Source: Clostridiales bacterium
GTDB lineage: Bacteria > Bacillota > Clostridia > Saccharofermentanales > DTU023
Length of the DNA stretch: 64,000 nt
Reading direction: 5' to 3'
Assembly: GCA_004556925.1 (NCBI GenBank)
Contig: SFFI01000010.1
Coordinates: forward strand, 8,512-72,511
Shown here one piece after another: positions 28,630 to 37,962 of this stretch; position 1 is the first letter of the stretch; each line of letters starts with the position of its first letter. The notes under the pieces are model-generated. The model ran no database searches. It was given only the letters and a program-made list of their open reading frames with translations, and was not told where the DNA came from. Made by a program: the position numbers and the translations under genes.

Positions 28630-29627
28630 TGCTTAACATCAATAAGCTTAATTTGTATTACCAGACAGAAGATCGGCCAGTTTGGGCCCTCAGGGACCTT
28701 AACCTGCACTTGGAAGCGGGTAAGTCCTACGGAATTGTGGGAGAATCAGGTTCGGGAAAAACAACTCTTGCTATGGCGATTCTTGGCTTGCTGCCGGCCA
28801 GCGCACAGGTCGAGGGGGAGATTTTCTTTGAAGGCGACAACCTGCTTGAACTGCCAGAAGAGAGCCTACGCCAGCTACGTTGGACCAAGCTAGCCGTTGT
28901 ATTCCAAGCCTCTATGAACAGCTTTAGTCCTGTCCACCGGGTATCAAGTAGCTTTGAGGATATTTACCTGGCCCACCGGCCGCGCGCCTCTAAACGTGAG
29001 GTAGCGGCTAGGGCCAAAGACTTGTTTGACTTGGTTAATCTCGATGACTGGGTGTACCGAGCTTACCCCCATGAGTTATCTGGCGGCATGATGCAAAGGG
29101 TTAATATCGCCTTAAGCCTCATGCTGGAGCCGGACCTCCTGATTATGGATGAAGCAACGACCGCCCTTGATGTGCTTACGGAAAAGCAGATTTTGGAAGA
29201 ACTCCTGGCTATTGAGCCGAAGGTACCTCTGACGCGGATCATGATTACCCACGATGTTTCTGTAGTCGCTAGCTCCTGCCAAGAGGTCTTGGTTATGTAT
29301 GCGGGTTGTCTCTTAGAGCAGGGGCCGGTAGACCAGGTTTTTGATCACCCCTGCCATCCCTATACAGAGGGTCTCTTGTCATCATTCCCCGACCTTAACC
29401 AACGGGGACAGCGGCTGCAAGGTATTCCGGGTAGCCTGCCTGACTTGAGAGAGGAAGGCCACGCCTGCCCCTTTGCCGACCGCTGCCCCCATGCGCAAAC
29501 GCTTTGCTATCAGGAAAAACCGCTTCTGACTCCCATCGCACAAGACCCGCAAACGTCAGCTGGCTGCCTGGTAGACCCAGGGCATTATGTCGCCTGTCAT
29601 TTCCCCCGGAGGTCCCAGGATGAGTAA
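28629..29627 (+). CDS. peptide/nickel ABC transporter ATP-binding protein (OppD type)
   Basis: GESGSGKTT, LSGGMMQRV, and a C-terminal extension with Cys/His cluster (CPFADRCPHAQTLC). Confidence 0.9.
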   Translation: MLNINKLNLYYQTEDRPVWALRDLNLHLEAGKSYGIVGESGSGKTTLAMAILGLLPASAQVEGEIFFEGDNLLELPEESLRQLRWTKLAVVFQASMNSFSPVHRVSSSFEDIYLAHRPRASKREVAARAKDLFDLVNLDDWVYRAYPHELSGGMMQRVNIALSLMLEPDLLIMDEATTALDVLTEKQILEELLAIEPKVPLTRIMITHDVSVVASSCQEVLVMYAGCLLEQGPVDQVFDHPCHPYTEGLLSSFPDLNQRGQRLQGIPGSLPDLREEGHACPFADRCPHAQTLCYQEKPLLTPIAQDPQTSAGCLVDPGHYVACHFPRRSQDE

Positions 29628-30450
29628 TTACGCAGATAGGCCCTTGCTCGAGGTCAACCACCTGGTCAAATACTTTTACGGGGGCCGGCAAAAGGTCATT
29701 AAGGCCGTAGACGGGGTTAGCTTCCAGCTGAGACCAGGGGAGAGCCTGGGCTTAATTGGAGAATCTGGCTGCGGGAAGTCTACCTTAGCTAGGCTCCTAC
29801 TTGGCCTAGAACAGGCGGACAAGGGGGAAATCCTGCTAGAGGGCAAGTCCAACCAAGAACTTTTACGCCAGGACCGCTTGGCCTATTATCGACGCGTCCA
29901 GACGGTCTTCCAGAACCCCTATGATGTCTTCGACCGACGGTTGACCATTGGTGATATCTTGCTACGTCCCCTCCAACTCCACGGCTTAGTGAAGTCTAAA
30001 GTAGAGGGCTTGGCCCGCGCTATGGAAGCCCTGGAACAAGCCGGTCTCCTTCCGGCAGAGGACTTTATCCGCCGTTATCCTTATGAATTATCTGGCGGAC
30101 AGCTCCAGCGTATTGCGATCTTGAGGGCCATGCTCTTGAGCCCCCGCCTTTTGATTGCCGATGAACCGGTCACCAACTTGGACGTATCTGTGCGGGCAGA
30201 AGTGATCAATATGCTCTTGGACCTCAAGGCGGCAAGCCATATGGCCTTGATTTTTATCAGTCATGACCTGGCGACAACCGCTTATATTTCTGACCGCCTC
30301 ATGGTCATGCAAGCCGGGCATATTGTAGAGGCAGGTTCTACCGAAGAAATTCTCGCAGGCCCCCAAGATCCCTATACCCGTTTACTCCTAGACAATTGCC
30401 AGGGACTCAAGCGGTCTCAGCGTCAACGCTCAATGACAGGCAAAGTATGA
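29620..30450 (+). CDS. peptide/nickel ABC transporter ATP-binding protein (OppF type)
   Basis: GESGCGKST, LSGGQLQRI. ATG 29620 follows GGAGG and overlaps the OppD end by 8 nt. Confidence 0.9.
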   Translation: MSNYADRPLLEVNHLVKYFYGGRQKVIKAVDGVSFQLRPGESLGLIGESGCGKSTLARLLLGLEQADKGEILLEGKSNQELLRQDRLAYYRRVQTVFQNPYDVFDRRLTIGDILLRPLQLHGLVKSKVEGLARAMEALEQAGLLPAEDFIRRYPYELSGGQLQRIAILRAMLLSPRLLIADEPVTNLDVSVRAEVINMLLDLKAASHMALIFISHDLATTAYISDRLMVMQAGHIVEAGSTEEILAGPQDPYTRLLLDNCQGLKRSQRQRSMTGKV

Positions 30451-30539
30451 GTGGAGGCCTGCATTAATAAGTGATAATTCTCCAGTGCAGCAGAGTGCGA
30501 ACTGGTTAATTATAAAAAATACGAATGGAGAAATAGTCA

Positions 30540-32117
30540 ATGAAACACATGCTTCAAAAACTAACGAGCCTATTCCTGACCCTCATCCTTATCCTGGGTG
30601 TAGCCGGCACGGCCGTCTTTGCTGAAGAAGAATCAGAACCTGTGGACGGAGGCACTTTTATAGTGGCAATCCCCAGCGAACCCGGAGCCTACATCCCCAG
30701 CTTTGGCAACCCTAATGAGGGTTACATTGTCGTACAAAATATCATGAACAAGCTGGTGAAGCTCAACGTCGATAACGAGGTTGTACCTGACCTCGCAGAA
30801 TCCTGGGAATTTTCCGAGGACGGTAAAACCTTGACCTTCCACCTGCATGAGGGCGTCAAATGGCACGACGGTGTAGATTTTAGTGCAGAGGACGTTGTCT
30901 TTACCTTCCAGAAAGCGATCGAAGTGAAGGGCTTTGCCTCGGGCTTCCTGTCTAAACTCGAAGCTATTAATGCCCCAGACGAAAACACGGTAGAACTCGT
31001 TTTAGCAGAACCTGATGTCTCTATCCTGGGCCGCTTGGCCTGGATGGGCACCTATATCATGCCCAAGCACCTTTATGAAGAGGGCGATGTGCTGGAGAAT
31101 CCCACCAACCAGAACCCCATTGGTACAGGTCCCTTCAAGTTTGTAGAACAGGTCGCAGGCGAAAGCATTACCATAGAGCGCAATGATGAATTTTTCGGTG
31201 AAAAAGCCCACCTGGATAAGGTAATCTTCCGGGTCATCCCTGACCAGATGGCTGCCCACCAAGCCTGGCTAGCTGGCGAAGTCGACGACAACCGCCTAGG
31301 CGTGCCTGCTGCAGAAATGGATACCGTCAAGGAAATGGAGGGTGTCATTAACTTCCCTATGGATTTCCCCAACATGGCAGGTATCCTCTTTAACATGGAA
31401 GAAGGCATTTTTACCGATGTCCGCCTGCGTCAAGCGATTGCTTACGCCATTGATGCCCAAGACCTCTTAACCCGTGTTTACAAGGATGAAGGTACAGTTG
31501 CTAAGTATTTTATCCCCTACCAATTTGCCTGGGCCATCAATGAAGACGCGACTATGCCTGAACATAATCCTGAAAAGGCCATGGAATTGATTGAAGAAGC
31601 CGGCTATGAAAAAGATGAAGACGGCTTCTACTTCACCGTGACCGTCGACACCTATCCTGGCTGGGATAACTTTGTGCCTGTACTCAAGGCCCAATTGGAA
31701 AAATGTGGAATCAAACTTGAGCATAACTCTATGGATGACCCCACCTACGACGCGAAGATCCTCGACGATTTCGACTTTGAAATGACCCTCCTGGGCGGCT
31801 ATATTGGTCCTGATGTCTCTGCTATCGACGCAAAATTCGGTACTGATGGCGGCATGAACTACGGACATTATAGCCGGGAAGAGGTTGATAAACTTCTGGC
31901 TGATGGCCTCAAGGAAACTGACCCTGAAAAACGTGCTGAACTTTATAAGGAAGTACAGAGCTACCTGCAGGAAGACCTGCCCATGGTTTTCTTCCGCAAC
32001 TTCGGTTATACCGGCTTCCTCAAAGACTACATCAAGGGTCACCCCTCGACAGAGGCCCGCAAGACCTCTTCAGAGTATGAGTTAACCTCCGTATGGCTGG
32101 CTCCCAAAGGTGAATAG
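30540..32117 (+). CDS. ABC transporter substrate-binding protein, family 5 (peptide/nickel)
   Basis: 525 aa with signal peptide MKHMLQKLTSLFLTLILILGVAGTAVFA. It is the last gene of the operon. Confidence 0.85.
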   Translation: MKHMLQKLTSLFLTLILILGVAGTAVFAEEESEPVDGGTFIVAIPSEPGAYIPSFGNPNEGYIVVQNIMNKLVKLNVDNEVVPDLAESWEFSEDGKTLTFHLHEGVKWHDGVDFSAEDVVFTFQKAIEVKGFASGFLSKLEAINAPDENTVELVLAEPDVSILGRLAWMGTYIMPKHLYEEGDVLENPTNQNPIGTGPFKFVEQVAGESITIERNDEFFGEKAHLDKVIFRVIPDQMAAHQAWLAGEVDDNRLGVPAAEMDTVKEMEGVINFPMDFPNMAGILFNMEEGIFTDVRLRQAIAYAIDAQDLLTRVYKDEGTVAKYFIPYQFAWAINEDATMPEHNPEKAMELIEEAGYEKDEDGFYFTVTVDTYPGWDNFVPVLKAQLEKCGIKLEHNSMDDPTYDAKILDDFDFEMTLLGGYIGPDVSAIDAKFGTDGGMNYGHYSREEVDKLLADGLKETDPEKRAELYKEVQSYLQEDLPMVFFRNFGYTGFLKDYIKGHPSTEARKTSSEYELTSVWLAPKGE

Positions 32118-32217
32118 GGCTGGTGGACCTAGCGTCTGAAGCGAGTCCTTTAGACTAGAGATAGGGTCTATTGGGCTAATGGCCCTGAAGGATAGGCCAT
32201 GACTCTAGATCTTAAAA

Positions 32218-32262
32218 GAGGGTATCTCTTTCACAGCTGTGAATGGAGATACCCTCTTTTTA
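32218..32262 (+). terminator. intrinsic terminator after the family-5 SBP gene
   Basis: GAGGGTATCTC-17 nt-GAGATACCCTC followed by TTTTTAT. Confidence 0.75.
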
Positions 32263-32376
32263 TGCTTAAATTAGAGATAAGTCCTAAGCTTGATGAGGTT
32301 AGGAGAACGGACTTCAAATGGTTAAATTTGCGTTAGAATGAAGGCAAAGCAGCTTGTCTGGATAAAGAGGTGGTGT

Positions 32377-33012
32377 ATGAATACTGTACCCTATTTGGTG
32401 GGCATTGCTGGTGGCAGTGCCTCCGGCAAAACGACGATCATCAAGAAGCTGAGAGATATTTTTCAGGATGATATTACCCTGATCAGCCATGATTATTATT
32501 ACTGGACCCATGATGACCTGAGCCTGGAAGAGCGGGCTAAATTGAATTATGACCACCCCCAGTCTTTTGAGACTTCCAAGCTAATTGAGGATTTAATTGC
32601 CTTGAAGCAAGGCCATGCAGTAGATGTGCCCATTTATGATTTTACCCTCCACACCAGAAAAAAGGAGACACTGAGGATTGAGTCCAAGCCGGTCATTCTG
32701 GTGGAAGGGATCCTCATTTTGGAAAATGCAGACTTGCGTGACCTTTTTGATTTGAAGGTCTTTGTGGATACAGATGCAGATGAAAGGCTGCTGCGCCGCA
32801 TCGTCCGAGATACCCAGGAAAGAGGCCGGAGTCTGGAAAGTGTGCTCAATCAGTACATTACGACGGTCAAGCCCATGCATGAGGAATTTGTAGCGCCTAG
32901 TAAAAAATACGCAGATGTGATCATTCCGCGCGGGGGCAAAAATGCTCCAGCCGTAAAGATGCTGATAGAGTATATTAACACGATGCTACAGAGCCAGGAG
33001 CAAGGACTCTAA
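32377..33012 (+). CDS. udk: uridine kinase
   Basis: P-loop GIAGGSASGKTT; 211 aa. ATG 32377 follows GAGGTGG. Confidence 0.9.
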   Translation: MNTVPYLVGIAGGSASGKTTIIKKLRDIFQDDITLISHDYYYWTHDDLSLEERAKLNYDHPQSFETSKLIEDLIALKQGHAVDVPIYDFTLHTRKKETLRIESKPVILVEGILILENADLRDLFDLKVFVDTDADERLLRRIVRDTQERGRSLESVLNQYITTVKPMHEEFVAPSKKYADVIIPRGGKNAPAVKMLIEYINTMLQSQEQGL

Positions 33013-33341
33013 TCCAGTTTGCGCGATAGACTCAGCCGTTCACGGAGAATCTGTAAGAATTCTAGGAAAAGCGAAATTTTAGACCGTCTTGACCAGCCAT
33101 TTACAGCAATCTTGTACACAAGTGTCCAAGACTGCTGGTTAAGCCTTTGTTTAAATTTAAGATTAAGTGCCCTGCGGAAGAGAGGGAGCAAGGGATTTAT
33201 AGTCTGTGAGTTTCCTTTGTTAACAATTGGCCCTTCTTAACTTGCTATCATTCTCTCGACAGTTGCTATTAAAAGGTATGAATCCCGATTGATAGTATTT
33301 CATGTTAATTGTATTTTACGTATTTAAGGAGAGTTTTAAGC

Positions 33342-33860
33342 ATGAAAAAAGGATTATTACTGAGCCTCGTTGCTGTACTGATCGTATCTCTAGCCGCTTG
33401 TGGCGCACCTGCTAAGGACGACACTAGCAAAGCTACTAAAGAAGATAGCAAAGTAGAGGCAACCAGTGCAGAAGCCAAGAAAGATGAGGCTAAAGAAGAG
33501 GCCACTACAGCCGAAGAAAAGCAAGATGACAAAAAGGCTGACGCCATGGAAACTGGTGTTTATACCCTCATCAACAAGACTGGCGAAAAAATTACTGAGC
33601 TCTATCACTATGAGAATGGCGCTAAGGATAAGGGCGCTAACTTAGCAGACAAGGGTTTAGCCGATGGTGATAGTGTTGACAGCACAGTAGAATTACCTGC
33701 AGATAAAACAGAAGGCTACGAGAGCACCTTGGAATTCACCACAGAGTCTGGCTATACTGCCAAGTATGAGACTTTACATTTTGAGACCGTCAAAATTGAG
33801 CTTATTGCTGAAGATGCGATGACGGGCGCTACTCCAATTGTGTTTGTCACAGGTGAATAA
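33342..33860 (+). CDS. lipoprotein, unknown function, acidic/Lys-rich linker
   Basis: MKKGLLLSLVAVLIVSLAACG carries a lipobox. AAGGAG lies upstream of ATG 33342. Confidence 0.7.
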   Translation: MKKGLLLSLVAVLIVSLAACGAPAKDDTSKATKEDSKVEATSAEAKKDEAKEEATTAEEKQDDKKADAMETGVYTLINKTGEKITELYHYENGAKDKGANLADKGLADGDSVDSTVELPADKTEGYESTLEFTTESGYTAKYETLHFETVKIELIAEDAMTGATPIVFVTGE

Positions 33861-33900
33861 GCCTAGCTAAATTTTGCGGCCTACTATTTGGCCATATACG

Positions 33901-33937
33901 GGGCTGCGCCGGAAGGAAATCCGGCGCAGCCCTTTTA
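33901..33937 (+). terminator. intrinsic terminator
   Basis: GGGCTGCGCCGGA-aggaaa-TCCGGCGCAGCCC followed by TTTT. Confidence 0.8.
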
Positions 33938-34019
33938 AGTCCAGCTTTTTGCTTAGATGAAAGTCTTGGAGGAGACTCAAGCTTTGTAGTTTACAGGCTC
34001 GAACGGGCTAGCTTTGCCC

Positions 34020-35744
34020 TTATTGGGCCACTGTGTAGAGGGAGTAGAAGTAGTCCTTTCTGGCCATCAGCTGGTCAAAGGTCCCTTCTTCTGCAACCCT
34101 ACCATTTTTCAGCACGACAATGCGGTCATAAGCGCTGAGCAGGGAGGCCTCCAAGCGGTGGGTGATGACCAGCCTTGTGAGATCCTCTAGGTCGAGGATC
34201 GACCGGGTAATTTTGGCGGAGGTTTCCGCATCTAAGGCCGAGGTAGCTTCATCTACCAGGAGGATGGAGTTTTTATGCAGGAGGCTGCGGGCGATGGCAA
34301 TCCGCTGACGCTCACCACCAGATAGTTGGACGCCGTTTTCGCCGCAGAGATACCCTTGTCCCTTGGAGGCAATGAGCTGGTCCAAGCCCGCGGCCTGGAT
34401 GGCCTGGTTCACTTCGTCTTGAGGAAAGTCTCTATAGAGGGTGATGTTGTCCCTGATGCTAGCATTAAAAATAAAGACATTTTGTTGAATTAAGGTCAGC
34501 AAGTCGTACAGGGAGTGGGTGCTGATACTCCGCAATTCTTGCTGATCATAGAAGATCTCCCCCCGATAATTGCGGTCTGCCCCCATGAGGAGCTGGAAAA
34601 GCGTGGACTTACCACTTCCAGATGCCCCTACCAAGGCTACGCACTCACCGGCAGCCACCTTTAAATCGAGGCCGCGCAGGACCTCATCTTCCTCGTCTCC
34701 TTGGTCATAAGCGTAATGCAGTTGACGAATATCCAAACTATCCTGCAGGACTTTATCTACCACCTGGCCTTCATCCTCAACATTTTCTTTGAGGATGTTT
34801 TCCATCTTGTGCATAAGGCTAGCTGCTGCCTGGCGCTTGGCCCAGAGATCTGGCAGCTCTTGGATCGACCGCAAGAGGATCCCTGTTAAATTAACGAAAG
34901 CCATGAGCATGCCTACGGTGAGGGCGGACTGGCTATGAATGATCAGGGCACCGATCAGGAAGACCCCCATCTGGGCGCTGATCCCTGCCGTAATGCTGAT
35001 CATCTGGACCCAGGCTTCCGCCCGCCGCTTGGCACGTTTAGTGCCTTCTAGTTCCTGGTTGCTCTCAGCAAATTGTTGGAATAGGGCTTCTTCCGCCTGG
35101 AAAGCCTTGATAACTGAAAAACCACTCAGGCTATCCTTGAGTTGGGCAATAAAGGCGGCATTCTGGTCAGAACTGGCCTTTTCCCACTGGGCCACCTTGC
35201 TCCCGCTCAAGAGAGCTGCCAGGATTGGCAGCGACAAAAGCCCAATCGCTGTCAGGGTCATGAGGGGATTGTAGTAGAGCATGAGGGCTAGGCTTGTGCA
35301 AAAGACTAGGGCGTGTGAGACTAGGACAAAACTTCTCTCTAGATAATTTTGCTCGATGCTGGCAACATCATTGGATAAGGCCGACAAGTAGAGGGAAGTA
35401 TCCTCCCGCGCAAAAGAGGCCAGGTTTTTCTGGGTCAGGTCTTGGTAGACCCGATTTTTGTATTGGATCATGGCCCGCTGCAGGAAGTTGGGCAAAACGT
35501 GCCGCCTGAGGCTCAAGGTGATAACTACCAAAGCTACGAGCCCCAAAGTCAGCCAGGAGAGCAAGGGGAGGGGCAGGGCCGTTGGGCTGCCTACCGCGGC
35601 ATCCATGAGTTGCTGGATGAGCCATGACAGGAGGACATTTAAGAGCCCCATGATGACCTCGCAGCAGAGACAAAGGGTCCAATTCAGCTTGTTGTGCTGA
35701 AACAAGCTAGCTGAAAGCTTATTTTTCTTCTGCATTTTCTTCAT
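34020..35744 (-). CDS. ABC exporter, fused TMD-NBD (MsbA/multidrug type)
   Basis: Six TMs then GASGSGKST, LSGGERQRI, ILLVDEATS. ATG 35744 follows AGGAGG and lies 26 nt inside the upstream regulator gene. Confidence 0.85.
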   Translation of the reverse strand: MKKMQKKNKLSASLFQHNKLNWTLCLCCEVIMGLLNVLLSWLIQQLMDAAVGSPTALPLPLLSWLTLGLVALVVITLSLRRHVLPNFLQRAMIQYKNRVYQDLTQKNLASFAREDTSLYLSALSNDVASIEQNYLERSFVLVSHALVFCTSLALMLYYNPLMTLTAIGLLSLPILAALLSGSKVAQWEKASSDQNAAFIAQLKDSLSGFSVIKAFQAEEALFQQFAESNQELEGTKRAKRRAEAWVQMISITAGISAQMGVFLIGALIIHSQSALTVGMLMAFVNLTGILLRSIQELPDLWAKRQAAASLMHKMENILKENVEDEGQVVDKVLQDSLDIRQLHYAYDQGDEEDEVLRGLDLKVAAGECVALVGASGSGKSTLFQLLMGADRNYRGEIFYDQQELRSISTHSLYDLLTLIQQNVFIFNASIRDNITLYRDFPQDEVNQAIQAAGLDQLIASKGQGYLCGENGVQLSGGERQRIAIARSLLHKNSILLVDEATSALDAETSAKITRSILDLEDLTRLVITHRLEASLLSAYDRIVVLKNGRVAEEGTFDQLMARKDYFYSLYTVAQ

Positions 35745-36813
35745 GTTGTTCCTCCTGAATTTGTTTCCAAAGCGTATAGCTGGCATCAGCTGACAAGGCG
35801 AGTAGGGTCTCGCCGATAGCCTCTAAGCTATTTTGACCAAAGTCGTCATACACAAAGTAATTGTCTTCTAAAAAGAAATGCGGCAAGCCCTGCAGGTTAA
35901 AGTTAGGTTCTTGATCAAAACGCAGGGCGGCTGTTTTTGCTTCTTGCAGAGCCTGAGCAGTCTGGTCTATCTGGCCCAGCCCTTGGAGGATAACCGCTTC
36001 ATGTGTTTTATAAATTACTAGGAGCTTATCGAAAATAGACACCCGGTCGGGCTGGAGGAAGGAATCCAAGAGAGGCCAGGCGCGCTGTAAAATATCGCCC
36101 GCCTCCTCTAAGCGTCCCAAGTGATAGTAGGCCTGGGCGAAAGTAAAGCAAACTTGGAAGAATTTAGAGACCAGGACATAAAATTCCTGGGATAGTAGGG
36201 GGAGGGCCTGGTCACTTTGCCCCAGGTAATGAACCATGGTTTCCGCAATGGCGAAGTCATTAATGCTGTAACTATTATTCTTCTTGAGTATCTCTAGGGC
36301 TTCTGTATATTTTCCTACTTCAATCAAGAGTTTCGCGATGATGTTCTCTACAACCTCCTGATTCACATGTGGATTATTATTTTGCTCAATAAAGTGTATG
36401 GCCTTGCGGTAGAGGAAGATGGCCCGCTCGAGGGAAGGCTTATCTGTCTCCTCTATGCCTTTTAGTTGGAAAAAACGTGCGGAATCAAAAAGTACTTGAA
36501 AATCATTGGGATAGCTTTTGAGGATGTCTTTAACTTCCTCTAATCCGTCTTCATACTCCTTAGCCCGTGTCAGGTCTTTGAGCCTTGTAAGACACATTTC
36601 CCGATGCTGGCTGTTGAGCTCAAAGCCTGTGAGGGCGTCCAGAGATACTTGGAAAGTTTGGGCCAGGCGGAGGAGAAGAGGAAGTTCTGGGCAATTGGCA
36701 CCCGATTCCCACTTGGACACCGCCCCCACGGACACCCCCATTTTCTCTGCTAATTTCTCCTGGGTCAATCCCTGCTTATTGCGGTAGTATTTGATGTTAT
36801 TTCCTAAATCCAT
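35719..36813 (-). CDS. XRE-family HTH regulator with TPR-like C-terminal domain (RNPP-like architecture)
   Basis: NIKYYRNKQGLTQEKLAEKMGVSVGAVSKWESG HTH, followed by about 290 aa of helical repeats. ATG 36813 follows GGAGGT. Confidence 0.75.
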   Translation of the reverse strand: MDLGNNIKYYRNKQGLTQEKLAEKMGVSVGAVSKWESGANCPELPLLLRLAQTFQVSLDALTGFELNSQHREMCLTRLKDLTRAKEYEDGLEEVKDILKSYPNDFQVLFDSARFFQLKGIEETDKPSLERAIFLYRKAIHFIEQNNNPHVNQEVVENIIAKLLIEVGKYTEALEILKKNNSYSINDFAIAETMVHYLGQSDQALPLLSQEFYVLVSKFFQVCFTFAQAYYHLGRLEEAGDILQRAWPLLDSFLQPDRVSIFDKLLVIYKTHEAVILQGLGQIDQTAQALQEAKTAALRFDQEPNFNLQGLPHFFLEDNYFVYDDFGQNSLEAIGETLLALSADASYTLWKQIQEEQHEENAEEK

Positions 36814-36991
36814 GTGTACCTCCATGTATTCCCTCTACATTGTTCCTTCTATGTCTTCGCTCGAGGTCCAGTAAATTATGTAGGCCTCTTGGTCCCGAAA
36901 CAATAGGTCGCAAGTAAAGTTAATCAAGAAATATTTTTACTTCTAGTCAACTCTACGGAGGAAAGAATCATATCTGAGAGGAGCACATCGA

Positions 36992-37447
36992 CTGAGAAGA
37001 AGCGAGCCTTGGCGGCAAATCAAGAAAACGAGCACTTTGCCACCAAAGACACAGCCGAGTAAAAAATTTATATTGGGTGCAATTCCGAGAAAAGGCGATT
37101 TTGCCGCCAATGACTACGCAGTTGAGGAAGCGAGCCTTGGCGGCAAATCAAGAAGACTAGCACTTTGCCACCAAGGACTCAGCCGAGTTAAAAATTTATA
37201 TTGGGTGCAATTCCGAGAAAAAGCGATTTTGCCGCCAATGACTACGCAGTTGAGGAAGCGAGCCTTGGCGGGAAATCAAGAAAACAAGCACTTTGCCACC
37301 AAGGACTCAGCCGAGCAAAAATTTTATATTGGATGCAATTCCGATAAAAGGCGATTTTGCCGCCAAGGGCTATTCATCTGGGGGCAAGAGCATTGGTGGC
37401 AAATCAAGAAAACAAGCATTTTGCCACCAAGGGCTACGCAGTTGAGG
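36992..37447. repeat. 3.5 copies of a 128-bp tandem repeat with internal hairpins
   Basis: Unit starts at 37001, 37129, 37257 and a partial unit at 37385. Each unit holds CTTGGCGGCAAA-16 nt-TTTGCCACCAAG plus a third TTTGCCGCCAA. Confidence 0.95.
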
Positions 37448-37463
37448 CTAGGTGATCTCAAAA

Positions 37464-37500
37464 TGTAAAAAAGAGATGATCTGTGTCTCAGATCATCTCT
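37464..37500 (-). terminator. intrinsic terminator of the hyp-containing operon
   Basis: 12-bp stem AGAGATGATCTG / CAGATCATCTCT with a 5-nt loop. On the minus strand it is followed by TTTTTTAC. Confidence 0.8.
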
Positions 37501-37523
37501 AAAATTATTGCTATGAATATGTT

Positions 37524-37595
37524 GTTTGCCAGAAGCCTCGGGTTTGTCAGAAGTCTCGGGTTTGCCAGAAGCCTCAGGTTTGCTAGAAGGCTTAG
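37524..37595. repeat. four 18-bp tandem repeats between the hypA stop and its terminator
   Basis: gtttgccagaagcctcgg / gtttgtcagaagtctcgg / gtttgccagaagcctcag / gtttgctagaaggcttag. Confidence 0.9.
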
Positions 37596-37617
37596 GCTCG
37601 TGCGACGTCCATACGGG

Positions 37618-37962
37618 TTAAATGACTTTAATATCCTTGACCGTTAACTGGTTGCCAGTTACTAGGTAGGTGTTCAGGCTACCGCAGTGGGGGCAGGTCT
37701 TGCCATAGGCGGTTGTTCGGAAGGTTTCCTTACAGTCCTGACAATAGGATTTGCCTTCTATGATCACCATGTCCAGCTCGCAATCTTGCATGTATTGGGT
37801 TTTCTTGATGGCCCACTTGTAGCAGTCGCGGAAGTATTCTGGAATGATGGTGGAGACTTCTCCGACCTCCAGGGTTACCCCCACGACCTTTTGCACGTCG
37901 TGGGCTTTGGCGGTGGCCTCCACCATGTCAATGAAGTGCATGACCAGACCTAACTCATGCAT
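37618..37962 (-). CDS. hypA: nickel metallochaperone HypA
   Basis: 114 aa with MHE N-terminus and zinc ribbon CQDC-x12-CPHC. Start moved to Met57 of the listed ORF. Its ATG overlaps the upstream TGA (ATGCATGA). Confidence 0.85.
   Translation of the reverse strand: MHELGLVMHFIDMVEATAKAHDVQKVVGVTLEVGEVSTIIPEYFRDCYKWAIKKTQYMQDCELDMVIIEGKSYCQDCKETFRTTAYGKTCPHCGSLNTYLVTGNQLTVKDIKVI

Noticed and set aside
36992-37447. Possible CRISPR array.
   Set aside because: The whole 128-bp unit repeats with no unique spacers. The unit is far longer than CRISPR repeats, and no cas genes are in the window.
37037-37468. A 143-aa ORF spanning the 128-bp tandem repeats.
   Set aside because: The repeat period (128) is not a multiple of 3, so the same DNA is read in different frames in successive units. 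There is no ribosome-binding site. The ORF is a by-product of stop-poor repeat sequence.
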